DNA of 64,000 nt from positions 62,001 through 126,000 of the forward strand of contig JAQGDQ010000359.1 of the NCBI GenBank assembly GCA_030141605.1, read 5' to 3'. The notes below the pieces were generated by a model that was not told the origin of the DNA, did not search any database, and saw nothing but the letters and a program-made list of their open reading frames with translations. The DNA comes from Tubiluchus corallicola. Taxonomy: Eukaryota > Animalia > Priapulida. Position numbers and translations under genes: made by a program. Every line of letters starts with the position of its first letter. Positions within the stretch are counted from its first letter, which is position 1. Shown here piece after piece: positions 27,601-40,400 of this stretch.

Positions 27601-30600
27601 GCATTTTATGAGCATCCTTAAATGAAATGTTGACTCACTGTACTCTACACAGAGGTTGTAGATGGATAGTGTTACTCCAACTCCTCCAGTGCCTCTCCGC
27701 TATATAGTGCCGTGAATCCAAAACAGAATATTTGTTTTGATTGACCACTTTTATCAAGCAATTAGCTACCTCAGTGTCTCACCATGCAAACTAGCTCTTC
27801 TTGTTATTGTTGCATTTCCTCAAAAAGTGTTATTACATCTTATTATTTATTGGTCATTTTTTTGCAAGTGAGCAATGCAAGTCCACTACATAGCAAGTCT
27901 AGCGAATGCATATCTGTCTCAAATCTAGTATCAAGTAACAAACCAGAAAAAAAACATGTATTTTAATACAAACAGTTAAATTTTCAAATGTTTTTAGTCT
28001 GCTGCAAGCATTACTTTTTGAGAAGGATGCCAAATTTTACTTAATCATCTGTAAGCTCCCAATCAGTCTGAGGTGCAAGTAGGAAAACGCGTGTTTGCAT
28101 AACCAACATACTGACTGGATATTTACAGAACATTCCCGGTGACTTTCAATGCAGTGTCGAGGATGCGCTTTAGGGGTGGGGGTGTCCAAAAAATCTAAAA
28201 GCCATAAAAGTGAATAGAAAAATACCCATCCAATGTCGCCCAGAACCAACAGCAAAAAATGTGACATCAACACCAAATAGCAGTACTAGACATCGATGCG
28301 GCGAATAACGAATAACATTTTAAATGACACTGTATATGAGTGATGGTGAAAACTAACCTCAGCTTCTGTGGGCATATTGCAGTCAATGTAACATTGACAC
28401 ACAGTGGCATATAAAGTCGTTCGCCAGTCGAGATACTTTGTCTTTAGTAAAGGAAAGGAATTTTCCATGCATAAGCATACCCACAGTATGTATTTAACAA
28501 CCTGCATAATTATAACAGCAAATTCTTAATTACATCAAAAATAAAAAGAAATTTAACAAAATTCAAGAAATGTTTTTATAAATAGAAAATAGAGAATTCC
28601 CTCCAAAGTACATGTGATAAAGTCAATAAAACTAGTTATGAACTTCAAATCTTTATAAGTTTCTTCAAATCTCTACAAGTTTATCTTCATGCTCTGAGTG
28701 AATAAATAAACTGTAAATGTATGTGAGCTTGGAACCAAGTGTGTCGGTGCGTTTTTGGCGTTGGCAATCGGCATGATGTTGGGTGGTTTTGATGACCTTG
28801 AGGTGAACATGTGGAATAATATTAATGAGAATCAAATTAATGATTTGTGTTTTTCTTGTTAAATTGCTCATTTTATAGCTATTAATACATACCAAATAAA
28901 CATTCTGTAAAAATTTAATTGTTCTGCTTTGTTTGCTACAGTAATAACCTACATTATAGTGTGTATTGAACACTGTATGTTCATAAAGGCATTTTGGAAA
29001 TAACTAAATTGAATTACACTTACTCTGTTTGACAGTCCGAATGTCATTAGATACCTGCTCACCTTGTAGATCAAAAGTGAAGCTGAAATATTAAAATAAA
29101 ATTTCAACTAAATCAAATTTACTTTAATTATATTAGTCTACTAAGTCTGAAGCTGTATCTGCAATTCAAAGAAACCATTTTCCTAAGTTCATAATTTGTG
29201 TGCATGATACTTTCTGGCATAGTTTCAATTATTCACATTAAGTGCTTATAATTGCATACTTCTGCTTACGATCAAATGCTGTTAACTATTAGCTAGCCCA
29301 ATACATTTGGTGTCACAAATTTGGAACAGAAAAATAGAAATATAGAGATACAAGCACACAAATCCAGGAGTTAAATTTGACGTAAAGGAACATCCATTCA
29401 GCTCAATTCATGGCAGTTATAAACCCTTTCTGCAGAGCTGAAAGGTGCAAAAATTAGAACAGTGGTTCACAAACCAAGGGCTGCAATGTTAACTCCTCCA
29501 AAAGCAAAATTCAAAAAGTAACATTTCTCAGTGTAGGCCTTTTCAAAACTGATGGCACATCAAAGATGCTAGGGAAAAAGTCTTGGTGATTTTCGTTACT
29601 TGCTGCAAGAAATCTCGAGATCTCATTGTAGGAACTAAGACCATGCGAGAGAATCTCACGAATGACCCTCCTCAGGTCATCAAATTAGTGACTTATACAA
29701 AACCAAATGCCCTGACTGCCGACTCCGCAGACTTCTGTGCATTGGGTAACTGCTCTTTTTTAAAAAACTAACTGTTATATTAAACGTTTCAGACACGCCA
29801 GCAAAACCATCTTATGTTAATTCTATAGAGCAAAAAGGGACAAAAATTGATAAGCAGTTCAACATTTTCAAAACTTCTCAATTCGTTTAAGTTACAGTAA
29901 CTTATGACTGTAGTCTAGCTAGTTAACTGGGCCACAATCTTGAAAGGTGAATTGGTCGTAAGACGAATGGGACGCAAGTTGGACCAGTATATTGTAGCGG
30001 TGGGCCGCTACACAGAAGACATTGTGAGCGCATGCGCAATAAGTATGTGCAGTATGTTACAACAAACACCTTAAGTCGATGACTGCCTGTATACAAAATC
30101 ACAAATTTAAAAAAATAATAAAAAAATCAGTACATATCTCATAAACCTCAAACAACTATTACATTTTCTCTGTGAAAACTTACCGTTATACACACTTGCA
30201 AAAAAGGGCGGTTTTGGTAGCAGAAGCTCACTGAAAATTTGGAGAAATTTCAGAATATCCATAGTTTCTTTAAACATTGCAGCTTTTTCATACCCATGGT
30301 GTGAAAGCATTTGAAACCTGGATTCCACAGTACCCAATAATGCAAAAGCCTGCAAAAACAGCAAAACATGCCTATCTTAGTTTTGAAAATTCATTTTATG
30401 TATATTTAAACATATACATATATCTAATCTATACGTCTATATGTCTCTGCATAGAAAATAAGGGTTTCTTTTGCATGGTATAAGATGTGTTGACATGCTG
30501 ATGCATATTGATAAAAAATGAGCAATGCATGATAAAAAATTGCTACTGAAACCTGCAGGTCTACTTTTAAATGTAATTTTCAGGCCATTTCATTGAAACC

Positions 30601-31750
30601 CTGAAACTTTAATTCTCTCTGCTCTTTATTTCAATTCAAAATATATCCCTGTAAATTTTTATTTCACATTGAAAAATGTTCACCTTCGCTAATATGCAAA
30701 ACAGCAGTATGAGAAATGAAAGCAAAAAAATTTGTTTTCGTATCATTTTAGATGTCATTGTTGACCACATAGTATCCCAGAATTTGGCACACAAGTTATG
30801 TCTGCAAGTTATAAACATAAGCCAAACATAGTTGCAAACATAAGCCATCTTTGTTTATCTGCAGTGTTAATTGGCAATATACATTTACATTAAAAATATG
30901 GAAAGCCAAATAAATCAAGGCATTGCATACACTATATGCGCACTATATATATTATGTGCATATAAGTAACTAGACCCATATATCCAACAATACATAAGGT
31001 TTAATATGGGACAACTCTTGACAGACCCATATATTTTCCCTCAAGCAACACCCATGCAGACTATGATGCCTGATATGCTGCTTTGCCTAATCTTAGTCTA
31101 AATAGAAAGCCCACCTTGATATGTACTGTGGGGTCATCAAATCCTTCAGGAAAGAAGCGTTCGGACAGCTCATCCACACAGAAGACAGTCAAAGGGTCAA
31201 CATGACTAGATTTGCTCAGTATGACGCCAAAGCACTGCCAGTCAGCAAGAAGAGGTAACTACAAAAATAAAAAGTAAAAATTAAAAACTAAATACAACAT
31301 ATGAAGAATTAAAAAAATGTAATTACTTGAAAAACATTTATGTCTCTGACTAAAAGATTTTAGATTTGAACAAAAGTCAAATGGAACAGTTAACTTTTAA
31401 TAGCTGCTGACATCTAGAACAATACAGAAGATGCATGAAGCTCGAAACGGTTGAAACAGGTGCTAATCCTAGACAAAAATTACCTTGTTTTGCAGCAATA
31501 AATCTCCAATTTCCAAAACACAAGTTTGAAATGTCACGACAGGTATAACTTGTTCATGCTTGCACCACACGTCATGGATAGCAGCAGATCTGAATCAGAA
31601 TTATGGGAATTATGAAGGAAATTTAACTACACAGTTCATCAGATTTAGTTGAATGCAACCGTGCCGTAACACTTAGAAAAATAACTACTATATAAAGTCA
31701 AAAGTAATAAATGAACCAAATGGGACAAAAAGAGAAGAAAAGAAAAGAAG

Positions 31751-31809
<59 letters not shown>

Positions 31810-32012
31810 GGAGACACAGAGACAAAGAGAGACAGAAAAGCCAATAACTAGTATAGTTCATACAAAAGTCAAATTATATAGTTTTAGTTCTATACTCACA
31901 AGCGATGACTGTGCATGAAAAAATCCTTTCCTAAATCCTTTTTCTTACAAATATCAGCTTTTAATTTTGCAATATCTTGGTTGAATGCAAACTGCAAACA
32001 CTTCGTTGCCAT
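625..32012 (-). CDS. CFAP54: CFAP54-like cilia- and flagella-associated protein, 5' part (~2001 codons in window; gene continues past base 1)
   Basis: Hand-spliced exons, all phases consistent: 31900-32012, 31484-31589, 31115-31258, 30184-30349, 29024-29082, 28358-28501, 27326-27439, 26148-26246, 25711-25906, 24804-24881, 24217-24477, 23431-23618, 23138-23279, 22430-22621, 20487-20947, 19119-19304, 17792-18055, 16474-16604, 14431-14572, 13260-13421, 12478-12619, 11313-11461, 11065-11199, 10590-10802, 9713-9947, 8106-8458, 7090-7293, 6201-6385, 4262-4473, 3633-3779, 3076-3298, 1169-1424, 625-825 (6003 nt). Peptides resemble CFAP54 as recalled: YILWVCLCMENSFPLLKTKYLDWRTTLYATVCQC, RTVTERYLADMFEGKAAQFLAILEAL, GLKPNERYIFAIAAY...IGETSRPIL, ILAHRGHHWTLLQN, CGLWGCLLG. 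A few boundaries have in-frame alternatives. Confidence 0.85.
1487..2271. mobile_element. Degenerate hAT-like non-autonomous DNA transposon (MITE) in a CFAP54 intron
   Basis: Ends CAGCAATGGGT / AGCCAACATTG (imperfect TIR), GTAAT/ATTAC-rich subterminal blocks at both ends, flanks AAGACAAA / AAGCAAAT resembling an eroded 8-bp TSD. Confidence 0.4.
3453..3635 (-). repeat. 25-bp minisatellite (~7 copies) whose unit starts with the exon 5' splice site GTAAGT
   Basis: cttac at 3478, 3503, 3528, 3553, 3578, 3603, 3628 (exact 25-nt period); a further ~2.5 copies at 4068-4128. Confidence 0.92.
3896..4068. repeat. Diverged ~39-40-bp tandem repeat, ~4.5 copies
   Basis: Recurrent gttgattcatgca...ttt...cagtttccagtccc(a)ag units. 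Confidence 0.65.
4831..5117. repeat. 48-bp minisatellite, ~6 copies, A/B alternating
   Basis: Unit cccaaggtcatttgcagcctg..ggcatcaaatggcagccttttgcca; gives 16-aa periodic ORFs on both strands. Confidence 0.92.
5393..5492. repeat. ~40-bp repeat x2.5 containing GTTGCTATTGACG
   Basis: gttgctattgacg...ccattaacacc repeated at ~5394, 5433, 5473. Confidence 0.7.
7409..7575. repeat. (AAT)n/(ATT)n low-complexity block with interspersed AGACT
   Basis: Direct reading. Confidence 0.85.
15026..15423. repeat. 34-36-bp minisatellite, 11 copies, each with an internal 7-bp hairpin
   Basis: Unit taga(aa)agtGTGAGCAgcaggtagaTGCTCACtgac; GTGAGCA/TGCTCAC are reverse complements. Confidence 0.93.
18552..18606. 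repeat. (TAT)n microsatellite
   Basis: Direct reading; source of the poly-Tyr ORF. Confidence 0.97.
18899..19078. repeat. ~82-bp near-perfect tandem duplication
   Basis: atacatgcaaacagcatagctgcaaactatacaatttaggattattttaaaaaccgaatgttaacaaattctc occurs twice. Confidence 0.9.
31754..31806. repeat. (GA)n microsatellite
   Basis: Direct reading. Confidence 0.97.
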
Positions 32013-32295
32013 GGTTCTTACATCTGCTAAGGTTTAAGACATCTGAATCCTAGAAGAATATGTTGCTATGCACTGTATGCAGTGCCGATCATAACACCGG
32101 GATTGTATTGTACGTCCAATAGACTGAAACCACGCAAATGTTAATGACACTGTATATCATTTTTTACTGATGAGCCACTGGTTATGGTTCGTTATTTTTG
32201 TGATACGGCACAATAGTTATCGCTCATGGTACAATACATGCCTCAAATTGCAAGGAAATTGAAAAATGATGCTATTTAGCTTCATTGATACTCAC

Positions 32296-32503
<208 letters not shown>

Positions 32504-33559
32504 TAAATTACCTGCATGTCATGTGAGAGGATCATTTTGCATATACTGCACCTAATCTTTAAAATGGCTTACTAGCTTAAATGGTGAGTGAAAAGTATTT
32601 TAAAATTGCCAAAGTGCAGCTAAAGCAGTGGATGGAACACTCACAATTTTCACAGTGCAAATCAGAACAAGACAGTACTCTTGCGCACACAGTGTAGGTG
32701 GAATAATAAAAGGTGGGCATATTGACCCAAAAAAACATTTAATACAGGGTGAAATAAATGTAAGTTAGAATAGTATTACAGCGTTGTAGTTAACTTGTAG
32801 TTAATTTTGTTTTTGTTTTTCATTCTCAGTAACTTGCCCTATTGGATAATAATATAGTTATTAGTTCCCATCTGTATATATAAATATCTGCAGTGCACAC
32901 ATCCAAATAGTCTAATCAAGTGTTATCTCCTCCACAAATGCTTAGCAAATGTTTCAAAACATTTATCACTTCTTTGTACCATACATCAATTTACATCGTA
33001 ACTATTAATATTATTAACACCCACGGTAACTCAAGATTACTTCTTGCTTCCTAGGTCTCTAGTGTCAAATATAATAATGGTAACTTAATTTTATTGTAAA
33101 AACCACAATCTAATTTATGTATGTACTTCTCACGTAAAACAGTTTGTTTATTTTTAAATTGAATTGAAAGTTGAATTAACATTAAATATTACTAGTATCA
33201 AAATGAATCTGTACGTTACATGTACAATTTAATAAAAACTAAAATTTTGCAGTTACGCCACATTAATTTTGACAGGGCATATTTGTTACTACATGGAATA
33301 AAATATAACAACACACCGGGGTACGTTAGGATCAAGTAATCAGTTACGTGAAAATCCATTTGTCTGTTAAATAAATTAGCCAAATTGACGGTTCAGACGA
33401 CAGACATAGGAGCTACAAAAATTTTGGCTTACTCTCCTGCCGAAGTCTACGTGACAACGCGTGCAGCATAATTGATGAATTGAAACGAGCGCTTTCAGTC
33501 ATTAATTATAACGATTGTGATTTCTAAAAACATAGCTAGTTACATGAAGTAGAGCCTAC

Positions 33560-33700
33560 CTATCACATTCTATTTTTGAAAGCTTCTTCTTGCGCACACC
33601 TTTATAATTTATTGTAAAAAGTACTTAAAACACTTGCAGAATGCAAAATAACTTTGTACATCGTACGAGCACGTGACTGCTTGTTGCTATGCACGTGACC
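33560..33700 (-). promoter_or_regulatory. Putative CFAP54 promoter and non-coding first exon: RFX X-box-like site and two CACGTG E-boxes
   Basis: GTTGCTATGCAC at 33683-33694 (identical copy at 32062-32073), CACGTG at 33670-33675 and 33692-33697, donor ATAG|GTAGGC at 33560/33559. Confidence 0.45.
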
Positions 33701-34105
33701 ATACCACTTGACAAAACCATAGATAATTTTTATGTTGCGTAACGATTAGGAGTGAGCATTCTCTACCAGAAATTGAATTCGAATCGAATTGAGATTGAAT
33801 GATTTTCGAACCACAACGAAAATTAGTCTTACAAAGATCATACTTTTTAAAAACTGTTCTGCAGTAAAACTACTGATAATTTTTTATAATAATAACGATT
33901 CAAAATTGTCAAGAGTCACTGAAGAAAAAAGACGACAAATGCCAAAAATGTACACGTATCAGTAGCACAGTAACACCACTACCACATATGACCACTCGTC
34001 CACTACACATTATAAAGCCACACATTCAAATACAGAAGTATAGACTTGCAGCAATGTCTATTTCATTATAAAAACAACAGTTGAAACAGTCTTTTTCAAT
34101 TCTGC

Positions 34106-34111
34106 TTTATT
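34106..34111 (-). terminator. Candidate makorin polyadenylation signal (AATAAA), implying a ~3.4-kb 3' UTR
   Basis: tttatt on + strand, followed on the minus strand by U/GU-rich sequence; other AATAAA hexamers exist in the interval. Confidence 0.35.
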
Positions 34112-37100
34112 TGCCTTTGGTATCTAAATGAAACTGTGATGTTTAACAATAAAAAAGCTGTATTAAAGAACAAGTGCCAGCAAATACCAACATTCAGTAC
34201 AATGAAAAAGAAAAGTTCAGTGCATGAAGTCCACAGTGACAGCTAGTTCAGTTCACATAATATCTCCTGTATCTGTGAACTATCTTCGGTTTTAGCACTA
34301 TGAAGAATTTAATTTTACATTAACATTACTTAAATTATACTCTAGTATAACTGACTTATTGGATTAATAACCACATAATACTGTCTTTTCAATTTCATAA
34401 AACTCAACTTAGGAAGATGTCAATGTATCTAGACAGTTAATAATTGCAATGAATTGTGTAAAAAACTATAAAACTGTAGTAATTTTTGAGCAAAATCAAT
34501 AAAAAATACCATAGGCATTAATCTGATCAAACAATCATGCTAGAGTAAAAAATGTTAATGCAAAATTATATTAACTCACAATGAGGATAAAAGTCTAGTC
34601 AAGGAGGATTTTATGGTAAACGTTTACTTTACTTGCTCCATTGCTTAGAGCTAAAAAGATAGGCCTAACAATTATGGAGCTCTGTTACAACCAAAACTTA
34701 ATCAAAAGAAAGAGATGGCAATTACTTTAAGAAAACTGCAATAATAAGAAATCAATCTATGAAGCTGACTGAAATGTTTTACTTGATCGTTAATATTATA
34801 AAGTTTATTATAACTAGCAGTAGTAACCAGTTAAATTTCTACATTCATAATAACACGATCTGTGTTAGAATTTAATTACAACTTGTCGATTATGAAGACT
34901 AGAAGACAGGCTTAATATTTAATACCTTCCGGCCTGCAAAATGCTGAGTACTGACGGGTCTGACAAACTGCAAATTAGTAACATCATATCTGCTAACAAT
35001 TCAATAAACAGAATAAAAGTTACACGAAATCTATATAATTAACAGGGTTTCAGTAAGCTATTTCTTTGTCCTGATGATGTAATTGTATGGTACGATTCTC
35101 TACATTGCCTCATGCAAGATATCCAAGCATCAGCTGTCAAAATCAACAGCAACAATAACAGCAGTGCCAACAGCAACTAGATCTAATCATGAATCTAATT
35201 TAAATCCACTGGCACTACAAGGGCACACCAATGATAGCATTTTCAGAAAACAACAGATGTATTGATACTGCTGCTACAACTACTAATCGCCTAAAAGACA
35301 AAAATGATCTAATGCCAAACTCTCAAAAGTCCAAAAAGTAATTTAGCAAGACAGGCTGCTGGGGTCAAAATAAGTACCATCACAACTGTCTGACTATTAT
35401 AACCAACTAGAGAACTTTGGGCAGAGTGGAATCATTTAATCCATGAATTCGTTATCAAAAGTCAGCCTATACAGATTAAACAGAAAATCTGACATCATTT
35501 CTTGCTTTGTTACTTAAAACTTATATCACAAGACAGAGTACATGTACTAAAAAATATGAACTCAGTACTAAAACAGTACCAAGCAATATTACTTTTCAAT
35601 TATATGAGTCTATGAACCTTGTTTACCTTTATATATTTCTCTTGACTATGTTTGGTTATTGGCTAATTAACTCAATATTATTTTGCTACAAAAAGCAAGC
35701 ACTAACAAGAAATTGAACAAGTAAAAAAGCTGCTATATCAGAACCGTTGGCTAGCTTGCTGTATTCTAATCTGGATCTGGCAGGACCTCTGCTACATAAA
35801 AATAATACAGATTGACACTTTTAAGGTATAAACTACAAATGTTATAGTTCACGGTTTTAGGTAACTCGATGAAGTGTTGCCGACAAGATTTGCAACTAGC
35901 TCTACATTCTAGTGTTGTAGTTGACACTAACAATCTCTCTTTTTACATGTCATCTAGCATAAACCTAGTTAGCTGCAGTGGTAAGTAATTTCAACTTTAT
36001 TACCTAAATTTAATGCAACTGTGAATAAATAAGTTGCTCCTAATGTGCATCATGAATAAATGTAATATACGAAGTATGAGGATCATTTTTTGCATTTTAA
36101 AATACAGATCACAACGATTACTTAACAACATAACACACCAGATGTTCTAAATTTGTTCAGTGTGGTTGTTAGTTACAGAATTTTTTATTTGTGTTAATTT
36201 ACAGAAACTACACATATCTTAATCAGTAAAGTAATACCTAGATGTACATTGTACAATCCTGCACCATCACTGTCTGCATAACAATGGATACTATAAATGC
36301 AAGCACAGCAAGTAGTTTTTTTTTGTATATTAACGCGAAGAGTAAATCATTTTAATTTTTATTTTCAACTTTTTTTAAACTTTTTTACTGTGAAATGAAA
36401 ATTGGTACACCTATTACACCATTTTAGTTTTTTAACTAAATTATGTTATATAAATGCTGGTGTAACGGAACATACACCAATTCACTAAATGGAATAGTTT
36501 TGCATTTTTCATTTTTATTACAATTATCGATTACACATATCAAGCTACAAAGAGTAAAAATATTATTCAGAAAAAAGAAATATCATTGAATAATCAGCAA
36601 AAATTAAGATTTAAAAACGACTAGGAAAGACATTCATTATTTTAAAGTAATATTAGTAAAACCGGAATTAAGAAATTTAGAAATAGAAACTAATCACTTT
36701 CAAAATAAAATATTTTCTCCACTCCTTATACAATCTTTTACAAGCAACAAAACGAACGTGCTACTACTACACAAAGCACAGCCAAGTGCAATCTGTGACA
36801 GTTTATGACAATTAAATTTAACCTTTTGTGAACTAAAACACGCTGAAATTTTCAAATGCACTTTTCATAATGCCTAATTTTTTTCAATGAATGTTCCGTC
36901 ATCGAGGATGTCCTTTAAATTTTGAAAATTATTAATTGAATTTTTGTACAGTGTATCATGTTATGAGGTTTTATTCAGGTTTTACTCAAGCCAATTCAGC
37001 ATTTGCTACTGTAATTAGTTACCATCTGATAACAGCTAAAAAATTGTTCTTGGTAACTATTGGAGGCTGCTTTTTCAGCTTGATGTAAGCTTTTAGTGAA

Positions 37101-37487
37101 TAACACTTAAAATGTATGAAATAGGATAATATTTTCTAAAAAACTGTGTTGGACATAGTACAGTAACAGAAATTTTGTTAATAACGTTATTCAGCATAAA
37201 AACTCACACTCGCTGGTGCTGTGTTGTTAGAACTATTTTCAAATGAAACTTACCACAAGAGCATTATTTGCTGAGTCATTTCAAGAACTCCCAGTCGTAC
37301 TATAGAGAAAACTAAATTGGACAGACCTTTTAAGACAAACTACATTCACAGGACCTCCAACACATAATATTGTTACTCAATACTATGACAATATTATAAT
37401 TATGTTTTAATATTCACATATTAACTAATCTTAAATAGTAGCAAACATATTTTACAATAAACTATAAGTATAATTACATATAATTAG

Positions 37488-40400
37488 CTAAAAAATCTCG
37501 AAGGGTTCAGAATCTGAGTCGTAGTCGCTGTTATCGGTGGCATATCCGACGAAGAAGTCGACCTCATCTTCAAAGTTCAAATCAAGAACCCAACGATTTT
37601 CTCGTTCTTGTAGAAACTCCCATAGGAGCAGTTGCTGCACGATGTCAAAGTCACCATCCGACCTAAACCCAAAACAAAAGTACTGCCACTGACACCAACA
37701 GATCACATTTAAAAAGCCAGAATCACAACTGAACTGACCATTGAAAATAATAGACAGTAAGAGAAAAGCTAAGCATCAGCACTAGCCTGCCAATGAAATA
37801 ACACCTTCAAGTTCACTCATCATAAAGTATTATGCAAAACGCAAAAAGTGTCTGGGCTGTTGTAAAAAAACGAACATTTTTCACACCATGAAGAACAGAA
37901 AGGATTTAATAATTTCAAACTGCAGCTCACTGAAAACTATTTCTGTAAAATACACTTTCAGCACATGCTATGCGAAGAGCCCTATAACGTGTATAGTTTT
38001 TAAAACAGTAAACTTGTAAGATGTACAATGTAGCTACAAAGCATAACTTCTAGTTTTGGAAGGCTCATACATTATCAACTATAAAAAACTGATAACACAT
38101 AGAAAAGTTGCTACATTTTTACTTTAGCCACAAAAACGATACTTGTTGCCTGTGAAAAATCAATACTGTGACTAAAGCTACACTAATCAATTATACACTA
38201 CCATTCTGTTACATGAGTACTAAATGCACTGGCAAACTGTGTTGCTACACACGAATTACACAAATAAATCAAAATTTAAAATACAGCGCATCGTTCTTTC
38301 CAGTGTTTCCAAGGTACATCACAACAATCATTTGATATTGCAAAAATGTTCTAAAGATGTGAAAATAAAAGCCAAAAATGCTTTCACTTCAACTTGACCA
38401 CAAAGCATACATGTGAAGACATACCTTTGTCTGCGTTGCCGGGGACGAGACGGCTGAACCTCTGCTTTCGTTCCGTCAGGGTATGCATGAAGGTAGAAGC
38501 AGTTCTCAGCAAACAAGCAAGTACCTTGACCTTGTTTGAAATACTTACAAGGCTTCATACTATAAAAAGTAGTTTTAACATTAAATGAAAATGGTACTCT
38601 GATAAAACATTCATATACTCTGTTTGATTGCATGCACTATTTACAGGGAAATACTAAAATTATGCAACATCTTTGGCATAAGAACTTTTCCATTTAATGC
38701 AACTATAGAATATAAGTGTAACTAAAGAGCATAAAAAATTATATAATAAGCCCAACAAATAGTTTATTCGTTGGATGTGAGAATCTAATTTTCAGAAGTA
38801 AACTAATAAATGTACACAAAGTTGTACCTTAGAGCTAGTTTGTAGCCTTCGATTAAGTCAGTTTTTTCCTTATCATCTTCAACCCAGAACAGACTTGGGG
38901 TTACAAAGTTAGATGGCACACGACACTCTGGACAAGCCCTGTAATATAAATAAGCCTGATTTGTGCACAATACTTGCACAAGTTGAACGTACTTCATTAT
39001 TGTCATTGCCATTCAAGACATGGAATATGAATCTTATAAGAAGCCAATAATTTAAATTTTAGAGAGGGCATTTTTTGTGATAATTAGTTTGTTAATTTCC
39101 ATGTTTGGATTTTTTTAAAAACACAATATAATAGGCTACAGCCATGATGAATATTATTCATTTTTGCCGTATTGATTTTTAAAAGTAGTTCCATTTTACA
39201 ACTCAAGCGTGTAAATGTCAAAGAATATCAAAGCAGTACTTATAGCATTTTCAAAATTTAACTAGGTATACAAAGGCATTTCAGAATGACTTAGTTTGGT
39301 TTTTAAGTACTCAGAAATGTTACTATATTCGTACCAATAATAAAAAATGTGGTATTAGTAAGCATAAACATAAATTTTGAATCATCTGGACTTGAATAAG
39401 ACTGATTCTAATTTCACCATACTGACTGGCTAAGCACACTTTGGTGTATCAACCTCTGAAAATTAACTAAATCAACAACTTACCTGACAATTTTGTTCTC
39501 AAACTGCTTAGCACTCCTCCACTTACGAATACAGCTAAGACAAAATATATGTTTGCAGTCTGATAGCAGTCCGAACCTACGTTCAGATGACGGCATTTTC
39601 TCCAAAACTATCTCCATGCAGATGCCACAGACTTTGTCTTTGCTTCGTTGTATGGCAAAACTATACTCCATGTCTTTTTCGTGTTCTTTTAGGCATTCCT
39701 TAAACACACAATAATTACACTGAGAGATGATTTCACTCATATCTCGGTAAAATTGCTAGATAAGAACTTTGCCTTATTCTTAGGCAGTTTTCCCCAAGAG
39801 AAAGTGTTATGTTTTCAACTTTATTACAGTCTTTAGTCATTTAAAAGAAACTCCAGCAAATATCTCAACTTGGCCTCATAACACCAAATATATCACACCA
39901 AATTTTATGACCATTTTTGAATAACTTGTCAAATTTGAAACGAAAGTAATTTGTACCTGTATATGGTCCGTTCTTTGATTTTCATCAGTTGGGTGTAAGC
40001 AAGCAATGTTACAGTACTCACATAAATCACCATGTATATACACGCACTTGTCCCCGTATCTGCAAAAAGTACAATACATATCAAAATTTTCAATACTGCA
40101 TAACCTGAACTACATTACAGTACACTAATGGCTAGTCTAGGAAAAAGATGTCCAGACTACTCAAGTTTTTTGCGCGTTGTTATGGGTTGAAATATTTACA
40201 TTTATATTAAATCAGCAATCATAAGTTGCAATGTTTTCCTTTGAAGCAAATTGCTGCAGTTCTGATATATATGTAACATTTACATATATTATATTTTCAT
40301 AATTTTACAAGGTAATAACCGTTACAAGTCAACAACCTAAATGTGAAAATTAATCTTAAAATAATATAAAGCATATAATGTCACAAAAATTTGTTATGCC

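Noticed and set aside
32160-32200. Hammerhead ribozyme (CTGATGA plus short stem)
   Set aside because: The required GAAA after stem II is GTTA, and stems I/III are not evident.
37775-37823. Intronic C/D-box snoRNA (ATGATGA...CTGA on the minus strand)
   Set aside because: Only ~48 nt between box ends, no terminal stem, no recognisable rRNA guide.
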